Source of the DNA: Dicyema japonicum
Taxonomy: Eukaryota; Animalia; Dicyemida
Reading direction: 5' to 3'
DNA length: 64,000 nucleotides
NCBI GenBank assembly: GCA_011109175.1
Contig: RDEW01000035.1
Coordinates: 386,902 to 450,901, forward strand
A program made the translations under genes and the position numbers. Shown piece by piece: positions 11,870 to 24,179 of this stretch (positions are counted from its first letter, which is position 1; each line of letters starts with the position of its first letter). The notes beneath the pieces were generated by a model. It saw only the letters and a list, made by a program, of their open reading frames with translations, was not told where the DNA came from and ran no database searches.

Positions 11870-12128
11870 TATTTTATTTTAAGCAAAGAACAGTTATAAT
11901 AGCTAATCGAGGGAGGATCACGGAATACTCTTCATTTGTTTGTTTTCTTTTTTTTGGGTGTATGTCCTTTTAGACTATCCAGTTTCGCAGTGAATGTACA
12001 CTGATGACGGCGTCACTCGTCAAGTCCTTTTTAGCATCGTAGATGCGTGGAACCTTCCACCAGGTAAACAGCAGCGAGAATCGGACACGTGACCTAAGAC
12101 ACCTAACCATTAAGCCACCCGACTATGC
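11870..12128 (-). mobile_element. tRNA-derived SINE, copy 1
   Basis: Minus-strand A-box TGGCTTAATGG, B-box-like GTCCGATTC; body and tail shared with 15770-16030 and 17755-17998. Confidence 0.8.
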
Positions 12129-12499
12129 ACTTACAGTATTTCCAAATGTATGAATGGCCTCTTTAGATGTTGCTTTCTTGATTTAGGAGTGTCACTTATT
12201 CTTCTCTCCCTAAGAGGGCATTCCCAAATACTTCAAGTTCGTGGTTGAAGCCTCCGGGGCCTTGAGAATGCGAAACAAGGACATGTATAATCCTATTGAG
12301 GTTGGGAGAACTCGAAATTGATGATCTCTTATTATGTGGGGATCAGTTCTAGGCCAAGTCATCCAGTTGAGGTATCAACCAACACATCGTTTGTTGAGTC
12401 GTTCATAGTGCTATTGTCAAAGTCGATTCCGAGATATAACAGAGTTGGGTCTAATATATCTCCTGCTAGTCTTTTAATGACAAAGGAGTAAAGTTGTGG

Positions 12500-13420
12500 A
12501 CTTTACTAGATTTGAAATTTTTTTTGCTAAGTACGTGTTTGTATATTGAACGGGTGGGGGCAGTGAGCGGAACGATTTCCCAGAATTGAATCGCAGAGTA
12601 TAATGTTTGAAACATGTTTATTTTAAGAATTACATGAGGAGAAACAAAACCTATGACAATGGAGGCGTATTCTTTCGTTTTTAATAAAAAGCGAGTGTGG
12701 GAGAAAACATGATGTGGTGAATTTTATATGGTAGTTTACTAAAGAGCAGTCTGTTGATTATTTTTGTTATAAGCGACATAAACTAAAAACAAAATAGCAT
12801 GTGTGAGGTCCTTGAGATGTCTGAGACGGAGAGCATCAAGCCTCCCACCGCTATTTGAGATGAAAAGAAAATCTTATATATTATAAAGAATTTCAAGTAG
12901 GTTAACCATCTAGTGTGATTTGTCCAAAAATGTGAGAATTTGTTGGTCGTTGAGGGACATGGTGCCATTTAATGAGCGTTGTGTGTATCTCTTTAGACAG
13001 TTTTCAGTATAATAATTTAATCGTAAAAAATCAACATGTCCACATGGATTCCACTTTATAATAGTTTGCACATATTGTCAGAGACTGTTGATGCTTGGTC
13101 TTACATGTTTTGGGATTGTAGGAGTGTTGAGAATATATTTTAGATATTTTCATTTACAATCCATGTGAAAGACTCCTTCTCCACTTCCTGGAAATATGTT
13201 AAAGAATCAAAATAGGCTGAAAATTTGAAAGTCTGGCTTTTCAATATAAGCAATCTATGGTGGATTCGTGAATCTCATCGAGAATCCTAATACGAAGTTG
13301 TTGTAAAGATCTCAAATTAGAGATGAGCTTACCACTAGTAGGAAGGAGAGATATGGTTTTTTCTATACAAGACATAATGCTGTGTATTGGATCACTAATT
13401 TTTGTTTATTTTTTCAAATT
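12500..13420 (+). mobile_element. L1/Tx1-like LINE ORF2 C-terminal remnant
   Basis: CTYC...(Y)MFWDCRSVENIF at ~13066-13140 resembles the CxxC...HxxxxC knuckle of L1/Tx1 ORF2; heavily disrupted. Confidence 0.5.
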
Positions 13421-13539
13421 TTATCAGGTATTTTTTATTTCGCTTAAATAAATGTTTAATTTATCCAATTTCAGTAGTGTTTGTGTCAAAATTCTATTAA
13501 TGTGATAAACATTTACTATAAAATATCTATTATCAATAG

Positions 13540-14650
13540 CCTCCGGACTAAACACTCCACAACAACATACCTTACGTCCCCGTGCCAGTTCATTGTGGAG
13601 GATTCAATTCACTAAAACACCAACGAACAGTCTTGGTCTCTGTTGATATAACAAAGGCTTTCGACACAGTCTCAAGAAAACTCCTTACTTAGAAAATTTA
13701 CGATACATGCATCCACCAAAACATAAAACTATGGATTGCCTACTTATTAAGAGGGAGATATGGACAAGAGTTTTCCAATAATATAAAGTCAAAATCCTGT
13801 CTCATACCAAATAAACTCCCTCGAGGATCCATACTATCGCCTGCCTTTTTTAATATTAACATAAACGACATGCCACTGTAATGAAAACTGACTAATCCTC
13901 TTCTATGCCGGCGATATCATTCTTTCCTCCATGGACAAAAGCATTCAATCACCGACTCAGTCCGCTCAACAAATGCTTGACATGCTCAAACATTTGCTCT
14001 CGAAGCGGATAATCGACGCATCAGCAGCAAAGTCCTTGTCACACTGTTTACCACCTACAAAGACAGCTCTGGTATCGAACCAAAACTCTTTATGAAGAAC
14101 GAAGCTATCTCTATTAACAAAACACCGAAGATTCTAGGAGTAACCTTTATCCGGCATGTTGAGAACATAGTAACTTCTGCTCTGAAGAAAGTGAGAATTT
14201 TAAAAGTGCTCACAAAAACACATAGAGACCAAACCGGTGGCCTTGCCACGATTTATTAACAATTTATCCGACTGACGATGACGTATGCAAGTCCTTCGTG
14301 GGGAATGAAGATTTCATTGAAACTATCCGCAATCGAGAAAACCTTAATAAGGATAATTGGACCAGAACACAAAATCCAGCCATTGAAAATCTCTTAATCG
14401 AATTACAACGGAAACTCTTAAAGGAGGCTAGTTTACCGAGCTGCCCTCTATTCTATACACTGTCGAAATATCTACAATCATACAGAAATTTTGAGCCGAT
14501 GCTATTTCCAATGAGAAGAGCTGTTCAGGATTCTCGACCCCACCGGACTCGTCCTTTTCCTTGTCGCTCTGGGATCACTTAGTTAGTTGAGAACTTTTTA
14601 TTTCTTTCTCTTTTACCCAGTGATCCTGGAGGTAATAACAATTAATAACC
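13540..14650 (+). mobile_element. 5'-truncated Ingi/Vingi-like LINE (RT + 3' end), close relative of 50410-53247
   Basis: DITKAFDTVSRK, degenerate YADD (YAGD), KTPKILGVTF; 3' UTR highly similar to 50410-50530, with gggatcactt/agtgatcctgg stem. Confidence 0.9.
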
Positions 14651-15769
14651 TCATTTTACAAATATTTTCCCATTAAAAGTATCAACATTAAAATGACAAA
14701 GTAAATCTGCAAATAGTGTAGCTCTTATAAGTTAAAAGGTATATTATGCTATTATTGGATGAAATATTTTCTATAAGCAATTGAACAATCATACATGCCC
14801 AAAGCATGTAAGAAACAAGCATCAACAGACTCATGCATGCAGTATGCGCAAACTTTTTAAAAACTTAAAGTTAATAGCTCCAACTATATTTGGAGACACT
14901 GAGCACGGATTGAGAGTTAACTCTTATGATCCCAATGTTGTGAGTAATAGGTTAACAATTATACTTTAATAATCATTAAAGTATAAGTTAAACATCCATA
15001 AATCCTGTGTGGAAATCATACTTTTCCTCAGAAGCTTTAACTGCCAACTGATCTTTATTCCCTCTCTCCTCATACGAATCAGTCATCTCTACCCACTTCA
15101 AATGTAATGCCCTCGTAATGAATAATTACCATTTTTAATAAAAATATTTTGAAACATAAGTATTTTTTAGTTAGTTTTACAAATCAGCATTTGTAAACAA
15201 TTTAAAATATTGATTTTTGGTTATTAAAATTACTAAAGGGGTAATTAAAAAAAAACTTCACTTTTAAGGAAAGCCATATTAGCTTTAGTTTGCTCAGCAG
15301 GACAAACAATTTATTTAAATTCTTTTTCAAGGCGAAAGTAAGTAAATTGGTTAAAAAGTTCCCCTCCTCAATCGGATTCCTTTGCAGGGATAAGAGATAC
15401 AGGTTTGTAGCGAAACTGTCGTGTTTCAAGCCACGTACCTAAAAATAAAGTACTTTTTTATTATACCGTTTCTGACATAACTATAAGTTCGACAACCGCT
15501 TTTATCGCACACCCATGTTGTATTCTCCCGCTAATGGAGAAGGGTCAGCAAATGTCTTTTAAGGCATTTCTTTTCTTTCGGGAAGATTCCAACCTCCTAA
15601 AGGAAGGCAACTGACTCCATTTTCAGAATTTGGTAGTTCGTAGTCCTTCAGCTTTGAATATTTTCGTATAACAACTATATCACTCATCCCCACAAGCAGG
15701 TAAAAATAATAATAATAACAGCCTTTTTCATGGAGCCTTGGTATTAGCTCCGCATAGACAGGACACACA

Positions 15770-16030
15770 TTTTTATTTAAGTAAAGAACAGTTAATTTTA
15801 ACTAATCGTAGAATCAAGGAATGATCTTCACTTCTTTTTTCTTTTTCTTGTGAGTGAGTCCTATTTTGACAATCCAGTTCCGCAGAGAGTCCACTGATGA
15901 CGGCGTCACTCGTCAAGCCTTTTTAGCATCGTAGATGCGTGGAACTATCCACCAGGTGAACAGCAGCGAGAATCGAACGCGTGACCTAAGTCACTTTAGC
16001 CCGACAACTAACCACTATGCCACCCGGCTA
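15770..16030 (-). mobile_element. tRNA-derived SINE, copy 2 (best preserved)
   Basis: CCGGGTGGCATAGTGGTTAG...GGTCACGCGTTCGATTCTCGC (A and B boxes); 21-nt direct repeat 15986-16006 / 16028-16048. Confidence 0.85.
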
Positions 16031-16177
16031 AGTCACTTTAGCCCGACACCAAGCCGGCAAAAAATTAAAATTTTATTTAAAAAAAATTTTATAATAATAT
16101 TTACAAATTCGGCATTGTTTATTTTTTTTTATTTTTAGATTTAATATTCAAAAAAAATTTCATTAATTCATTTAGAG

Positions 16178-17569
16178 CAGAGCTTTTCAAAAAATAATTC
16201 TCGCGGCACACTAATCGTAAAAAAAATAATCCACGGCACACATTAAAAAAAAAAATTAAATTTTTAAGATGTGTAAAACTAAGTACTAAAATTGGTAATT
16301 TAATGCCCAAATTTTTATTAATAAAAAAATGAAATCTTAATTATTATTGTTTTTGCATATATCATCAATATCAGGTCGAATGGTTGACAAAGCCACCCGC
16401 ATTTCAGCATCAATGTTTCTCAAACTTTCACGTTTGTTATATTTCATATTATGCAGCGTAGAAAAACCTGTTTCGCATAAATAGATCGTAGAAAACTGTA
16501 AAATTATGGTCAGTGCTTGTTTTGATAAACTGGGATATATGTTTCGAATATATATCCAGAATTCTCCAATGTCTAACTCCGTCATCATTAATTTTAAGGA
16601 TCGATCATTAAACAGTGCAATAAGTTCTTCATTTTCTTTAACAGATAAGTGTTTTGATTCTGACACAAGAAAAGGATTTCGTATCTAAAAAATATTTAAA
16701 AAATAATAACCCAATCGAATTTTTCAATTTCTAAGTCTGGAAAATAAGCATCCATTTTGTTTTCCAAAATTATTAAATATTCATTAATCAGTCCCTGTAT
16801 CGATCACCATTATATCCTTATTATAATTAAAAAATAAAATAAACCAATATCCGTGGATTCATCAAGTTGTAATGAAAACCGTGTTTCTTTAATTTTTTGT
16901 TCATATTTAAGACCAAACATAGTCCGAGGAATAATACGACAAGCAGGGATTATTAAGTTTTCGCCAATAGTGTGAGGTTTTAGTTGTTTTGCTATCAATT
17001 CTGAGATCAGGTATGAACATTTCAATGATTCTTTTGTGTTTAAAAAAGTTTCACTGAACATTATTTGACTAGATCTACGATTCATAGTAAAAACTAAAAA
17101 TACTAGTGTTGTTTTTTTCAAATGGATAAAATAATTCACAGATTTTTCGGAATAGTCCGGATGCTGGGAAGTAAAATATCTTTTTAGTTTGCTAGGAACC
17201 ATAGCATCATTTGCCAAGACTTCCATGTAAATTAAACATTTAGGTAGTTTATTTTTATCTTTGCATATAAATCCAAATGACAAATAAGAATCTTTATAAG
17301 AACGACGAACTGATTTACCCATAAGCACGTTGATGTCCACGTTATTAAAAAATTAATAAATAATGGTTAACCAATGTAAATGTCATTTAATATATAATAA
17401 AAAATGATTATTTTAATTTTAGTAATTATTTTAATTTGTTTATCTTTTTAAATTAATTAGGTCAAAAAATGTATATAAATTTATTCAAATTTGTATTTGG
17501 CAGGCGGCACACTAGAAATTGTCTCGCGGCACACTTAGTGTGCCGTGGCACACCGTTTGACAACCTCTG
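16178..17569 (-). mobile_element. Internally deleted hAT (Buster/Charlie, ZBED8-like) DNA transposon
   Basis: TIRs cagagcttttcaaa / cagaggttgtcaaa (12/14); 8-bp flanks atttagag / gttttgag; subterminal cggcacac repeats; N-terminal YLSFGF...KPHTIGENLIIPAC...LQLDESTD and C-terminal FSTIYLCETGFS...EMRVALSTIRP; catalytic middle absent. Confidence 0.9.
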
Positions 17570-17760
17570 GTTTTGAGCCTTATTTCGTGGAGCATGTATG
17601 GAAAAAGAACCGAGATTGCTCTTTCGTATGGTAGTGAAAACATTGGGAGACCATAGACGTTGGATGGCTCGATTGATTGCGGGAACTTGGTTCATCTAAC
17701 TGTCTGAAGTTTTTTCTGTCTTGATCGATGATCCCGGGGTTCTAAAAAATAAAATAAATA
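17570..17760 (+). mobile_element. LINE 3'-end fragment
   Basis: gattgcgggaacttgg...gatgatcccggggttctaaaaaataaaataaata resembles the 3' end at 37175-37260. Confidence 0.7.
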
Positions 17761-17998
17761 AATTACAGTTATGATAACTAATCGTAGAGGGACAACAAAA
17801 AAATGCTCTTCACTTCTTTTTTCTTTTTGTTGAGTCTATGTCCTTTATAGACGATCCGCAGTGAAATGTTCATTGATGATGGCGTCACTCATCAACAAAA
17901 GCATCGTAGATGCATGGAACCTTCAACCGAAATGTACAGCAGGAGGATTCGAGCTAGGGGCCATCAACTTCTTGCCCAGCAGTCGTTACACTGTGCCA
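17755..17998 (-). mobile_element. tRNA-derived SINE, copy 3 (diverged)
   Basis: TGGCACAGTG A-box-like, GCTCGAATCC B-box-like; shares gcatctacgatgc and agtgacgc hairpins and tail with copies 1 and 2. Confidence 0.75.
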
Positions 17999-18137
17999 AA
18001 AATCGCCAATTAATATTTATAACTCATTATAAATTGTGTTCTTTAATAAAATTAGTACAATAAAATAAATATTTAAAATAATAAATAAAACCAATAAATA
18101 TTCAATAGTATTAATCATTAATCTCTTGTGTGTTTGT

Positions 18138-19062
18138 ATGGGCATAAAATTTAAAGGAATCGGTGGATTTCGATTTTGGTTAACATTGCTAATTCAATTT
18201 TGTAGTTCCTTCCATAGAAGAAGAAACGTAGGTTTTGTCTAGAAAACCTGCCAGTTAATGTACTCGTTGGTATATTCAGCTACCTGCAAATTCCTGATCT
18301 TATTGTAGTGGAAAGGATATGGCATAACTTACCTCAGGATGATTTTTTGTGGAAACAGTTATTTTTTGCTTATTGATTTTAGAATCTGTTATAACTTTTT
18401 TGGATACTTGGGGGACGATGATTCCCAACCTTCCAGAAAGGTCTTCATTCAACTTTGCCACAGTACTGATTTACTTCAAAAAAACCCAAATGCTGTATCA
18501 TTTTTGTTCACGGAAGGGTTTACGTTTCCTGTTTTCACGGAATCTCCTTAAAGATGACGCCGAGAGTATAGCCCGATTCCTCCTCAAGTCATCAATTAGT
18601 GGTTTTCCCAAGCTCTGGCTTCTTATGCAACGGTTTGATTAGCTAATTTATCAAGTCCTGACATTCTTGACAGTTTCATGAAGCAACTCGATTTGACTGG
18701 TCAGCTACTTCCCAGTGCAATGAGAGACTTTTTCTCAGGACTTAAATTTCCCATAGGTTGTAACGGGTGGCTCAATGACCTAATTTGTAAATTTGCGGCT
18801 CGTTTTTGCAGCTGTAATCAGTCCTTGGGTCTTTCTGAAGGTATTTTGATTATAATTTCAAGATAAAATATTTATTGCCTGTTATTCCTTGATAATCCTT
18901 TCGATTGAACTGGGAAATCCGCATAAACGCTTTAAGATGACCAAGGAAGACTTTGTAAGGAATACAAAATATGCGGTCCCTGAGATTGGGACAGGTCTAC
19001 TCTGCTTTTTATATGACGACATATTCAAAAACGGTGATGTAATCTGTCGTGTCTCTCGATAG
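18138..19062 (+). CDS. FBXO8: F-box only protein 8 (F-box + Sec7 domain); apparent single-base frameshift near 18235
   Basis: LENLPVNVLVGIFSYLQIPDL...DDFLWKQ (F-box); LPSAMRDFF...KFAARFCSCN...CYSLIILSIELGNPH...MTKEDFVRNT...LYDDIF (FBXO8-type Sec7). Introns 22-27 nt. Start codon uncertain. Confidence 0.88.
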
Positions 19063-19304
19063 CTCTTAACTATGGACTCAATTAAAGTAATATTTATTGA
19101 GGCCTTAAACCAAATGTTTCTAATTTTAAATTACTTAATGTATAAATTATTAAACACACGAGGAGTCCAACGATTGTTTCATACCTCTACAATATTTATT
19201 ACAAATTACCGATATTACCTTTCCCAGGGAAATAGTCTAAAAGTTAGGTTATATAATTACTGGGAGTATATATTTGGTTTTATTATTCTAAATAATAATA
19301 TTAT

Positions 19305-20580
19305 TCAAACATTGTATCGTTTAGTGTAAAAGTATAGTCTATGCAACATGAGTATTGTCATTGACTGATCCAAGTGGGACATTTCTCTATTGTATACTTG
19401 GGTCAGTGTCTCCACAACAGAATGACATATAGTATCATTAAGTTTGTAGTCATCATTTATAAGCTGTCATGTCAAATAATCCAAACCTGTGTCTCCTCTA
19501 TTCTCACAATCAATTGAAACATGTCAAGGAGTCTATTGGAAAGACACAATTCGTAGTGCATCCGTTCAATAACCTCACTCAGTCCCTCCTTGTTTAGGTC
19601 TATCATATAACAACAAACTACAGTTTAGATCGAATCCTTTAAATTTACAATTTATAGCACAGAGGATTAAAATTAACTTCAATATTTGACTCTTTTTAAT
19701 ATAAATAAAGTCTTTCGATAGTTCTGCATGTTTTATAACCTCATGGGCAATTTCCGATACAGATATTAGCATGAAACTCTCGATCAGTTCAGTAATCACT
19801 CTAAACTCCGGTTCCCTGTCATATTCCTCAAATATGTGGACCATTCTTTCCATAGGAACTGATGGGATATCCTGGATTAGTTTGAGAATTTGATTTTTCA
19901 GTTTTTCAGAGGACCATCCACAATTGTTATTTTGGTCATCCATAATTTCCTCAGAGAGTTCTGAAATTGTCGTCATACTGCATTCGAATTCTTCCCCAGA
20001 ATGACAAACCAATTCAGTAATTCTGTTATTACAGCCTTCATAAATATATTTTGACAAATTATCATCATTTTCCATGAAATTAGAGCCATTAATCAAAGTG
20101 TTAACAAAATCCAAGCTATCTTGAAATGGTGTTTCGTTATCCTCATTAGGTATGCAAATGGGAAGGAGTAGACCATTGTGATTGGATAAATCAGGACAAA
20201 TAGTATTGATGTACAGAATTAAGGAATCCCTCTCATTCTCTAGGGAAACAACTAGATTTCGTAGATAACAACTCAATTCTTCGTCATCGAGCTCTGAGAG
20301 TTCCAATGATGAGAACATTAGCAACTCTATTTCGTCGAGATTCTTCAAATCATATACAATTTTCTAGGGAAGTAAAATTAACCAACCTTCAGGGAATTAT
20401 AGTCATTTTTGGACAGAGAATCTCCTATTTTCGATTTAAACTCAGATATCTGGCATCCGGCCAGGAAATAATTACTCTTAAATTGCTCAATTCGAATGTC
20501 CTCTGAGTATTTTTCAAAAATCTACTCTCATAAATAAGCAATACCCTATCTGTGTACATTTCCAGTTCTGACTCTGACAT
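19305..20580 (-). CDS. Hypothetical acidic protein, ~390 aa, at least 5 exons
   Basis: 257-codon ORF extends 5' through 23-nt introns (e.g. 20522-20544) to MSESELEMYTDR and 3' through 22/23-nt introns to ...YTKRYNV*. No family recognised. Confidence 0.7.
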
Positions 20581-21005
20581 TTTTATACCAACCTAAATTA
20601 ACTAACGTTTTAAAAACTTTTCCCTGAAAATTTGAATATTATTACTATTATATTTTTAATATATTAAATATCTAATGTATTAATATTAATATATTAATTA
20701 TCCAATAATTTATGATAATAACAAGAATGTGCTGTTATAGAGTTACCTCTTATCTTAATAACTTACTCTCAATACATAGCAACATTTGGGAAACAATTGT
20801 TATGTGAGGGGATCAAAAGGAGATAATCATGTCCTGGGTTAACCGTTACTGCACTCAAATAGTTCCAAATGTTCTAATTATATATTTTTGAATTAATATA
20901 ACGGATTCTTCTTATTTTGGGGACATCTGAGTGCTCGGTAGAATATAGTGATAAGAAATCCTATAAGAGATAACTAATAACCAAATATAATATTATAATA
21001 ATTAG

Positions 21006-21726
<721 letters not shown>

Positions 21727-21865
21727 CAAACCGCAATTATTAAATGTATTATTTAGTATTTAATAAATTGAACAATTATTACAGATGAATTAGACAATTA
21801 TTTTAATGTTTTAGGCATAAATTATAATATTTAATAGTTCATATATTAATATTTATATAATTCAA

Positions 21866-22080
21866 TCCACGTGGCCAACGTTAGTGTGGTGCCATGTCGC
21901 TACTTAAGGAGACGTCTAGTCCTTATCACCCAAAACGGTTCTCTCTCCTACTTCAGTGGATGGATTCCACAATGCCGGATATGGATGGAAGTTATGTTTG
22001 GAAAGGATACGTCTCACCCCGACCGAGAAACTGAATAATACAGGTATATCCGAAGTTATTAAAAAAAGTCAATAAATTGA
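21866..22080 (+). mobile_element. Diverged relative of the 335-660 short retroelement
   Basis: ctctctcctacttcagtggatggattccacaa resembles ctcttccccactccactggatgggtttccacaa; ggatac...gtatatcc stem before an A-rich tail. Confidence 0.55.
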
Positions 22081-22789
22081 ACAAATATAGCAATCACCAA
22101 ATAATTAACGAATTAACAAGATTATTCAATCTATAGCTTACATAATTTTACTGAAATTCAAAGGACCCCAGTTATCAGGATGATCGGGCGGCTTGCAGGA
22201 CTAAGGAAGGGAAACCTTGAATGACATGATGGCTTTTGTAGAACATTGGTCATGAGATCATGAGGAGTAACTTTAATTGCTTGCTCAGTGCCTTTAATAT
22301 GTAATGGATCCCTTTGACTTTTTATTTTCCTAATGCGGTTTATTATAATTTATGATTATTACAATATAATCTCACTAAAACACTAAATTGATCGTAGAAA
22401 AGGCGTCTTTGCTAATAAAAAGGAAATATTAACTAAATTATTAACATTACTTTTGTAAAATAAACTGGCCTCAATATAATCTCCCGTTTCTCAAATCTTG
22501 GAATCCCCTTCATGGAAATTGATTTTGAATTTTTTGTGATAAAGTGAATGAAGAAGCAGGATAAACTCTATTAATAACATAATTTATTGATCATTAATCG
22601 AATTATGTGATGATTGTTTTTAGAATTTATCAATAAGGGAATATTGTCGTAGTGCATATAATCTACTTTTTCAGCTATTATGGTCGTGGAAATTATTATT
22701 AAACTATGAGTACATGAAACTGAAGAAATAGATATTCAAACAAACTTTTATTCAAACACATAAATCTAATAGCTCCCCATCAACCGGTT

Positions 22790-22960
22790 CTTAACCTCTC
22801 GTCAGATTGAATGATGGTGCTTATCGAGTGGGCGAAAAGCTTTCGCTCCAAAGATCGGGAAGGTACCTATAATTCAGATTGGGACATCGAACAGAACCCA
22901 GGCTCCCACAAAATTAAAAAATTCTTAAACGTCATTCAACACAAATGCACGGAACCTTCA
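22790..22960 (+). mobile_element. LINE 5' remnant with degenerate 2A motif
   Basis: WDIEQNPGS (22880-22906) followed by FLNVIQH, resembling an APE N-terminus. Confidence 0.5.
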
Positions 22961-23399
22961 ACCGAAGTAATTGCCTCCACTAAAGTAATTTCCTTTTTTG
23001 CCATCCACAAAATTAATTTCATTTACAGGAAACAAAACTCTCTAAAAATCAATCCTTCCTAAGTTCAGAGAATTACTCGATTTGCACTCAAACGTGAACG
23101 ACAATATGGTCACTTTTATCCACAAGTCCATTTCTGCAATACCTACATTCGTCACGCACTTTGATGAAACACGACAATCAAATTGAAGACTACTTTCATC
23201 CTCGTCGAAAAAAATCTCAAGCCATACCTCCATAAATATCTACATCCAGTCTGTGTATGAAACACTATTCACTTTATAAATCGAACAAACAATTTTTTAT
23301 TTATAGGATTTTCCTATCAAAAACGACAAAAAATAAATTATTTTTATTAAAATTTCTCTTTTTCGAGAGTTTCAATAGCTCACTCAATGCTGCGCAAAG

Positions 23400-24172
23400 T
23401 TGCAGTATAGTTAGATAAACATGATAGAGAAAATTATTTTATTTTAAACTACAACACAGTTAACAATTTCTGGAAGCTCACTTCAGTCATGGCTAACCAC
23501 TCTCAGAATTGAAAACCTGTCTCTGATGACGATTTTTAAGGAAATGCGCTAAATAAGCTAGATCCTTTCTCCAATATCCATCTTCCTCCTTGTGAGAGGC
23601 GACAGCTCATCAGGGTCAGTGATCTGCTTCCAAGATAAACAAATTATTCAATATATTTGGCCCCAGTAGGCAAAGTTTATCAGGCTGATCGACACTTCAA
23701 AATTTTGCTAACCATTTTGAGACTAACATGAACTCATCTTCTATCTACGAAGAAATCTTTGACCATCTTAAAATTTTCCGAAGTGGAAACAGAACTTTTC
23801 CAAAAAATGCGAAGGATTTTCTTGCTTCATTAGTTGAGCTTTGATGGGATTTTTTAACTATGTGAATTGCATATCGCTTATTTCTCACAGTTGGGTACTC
23901 AATTGCTTGTTGTGAACGTTCTTTCTCAAAGTTAAAGTATTTTCTCTGATCAGCATTGAAAAGAAATTCCTGACAAGCGAGGTGAAAGAAGCTGAAATAC
24001 TGACAGTAAAGGAACGATTGGACATTTGTTTATTGTTTAATAAATTAGATAATGATAAATCTCACTCTTACGTGTATTTATTCTCACAACTTAATTTATT
24101 TAGTCACGATTAAGTTATAAGGGGCATCATTATCATACACTCGCCCCGGGCAGTAGATAGCTTTGGCACCTG
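23400..24172 (+). mobile_element. hAT transposase 3' remnant with right terminus
   Basis: AYRLFLTVGYSIACCERSFSKLK (hATC dimerisation motif); terminal gccccgggc...ggcacctg resembles hAT ends. Confidence 0.65.
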
Positions 24173-24179
24173 CCTAAGA

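Noticed and set aside
15895-15925. CTGATGA followed by a hairpin, resembling a hammerhead ribozyme core (also at 12001)
   Set aside because: No GAAA after stem II, no closing stems I and III, and it is antisense to the SINE's Pol III orientation.
15960-16030. Genuine tRNA gene
   Set aside because: A and B boxes are present but acceptor and anticodon stems do not pair, and the sequence continues into a shared repeat body.
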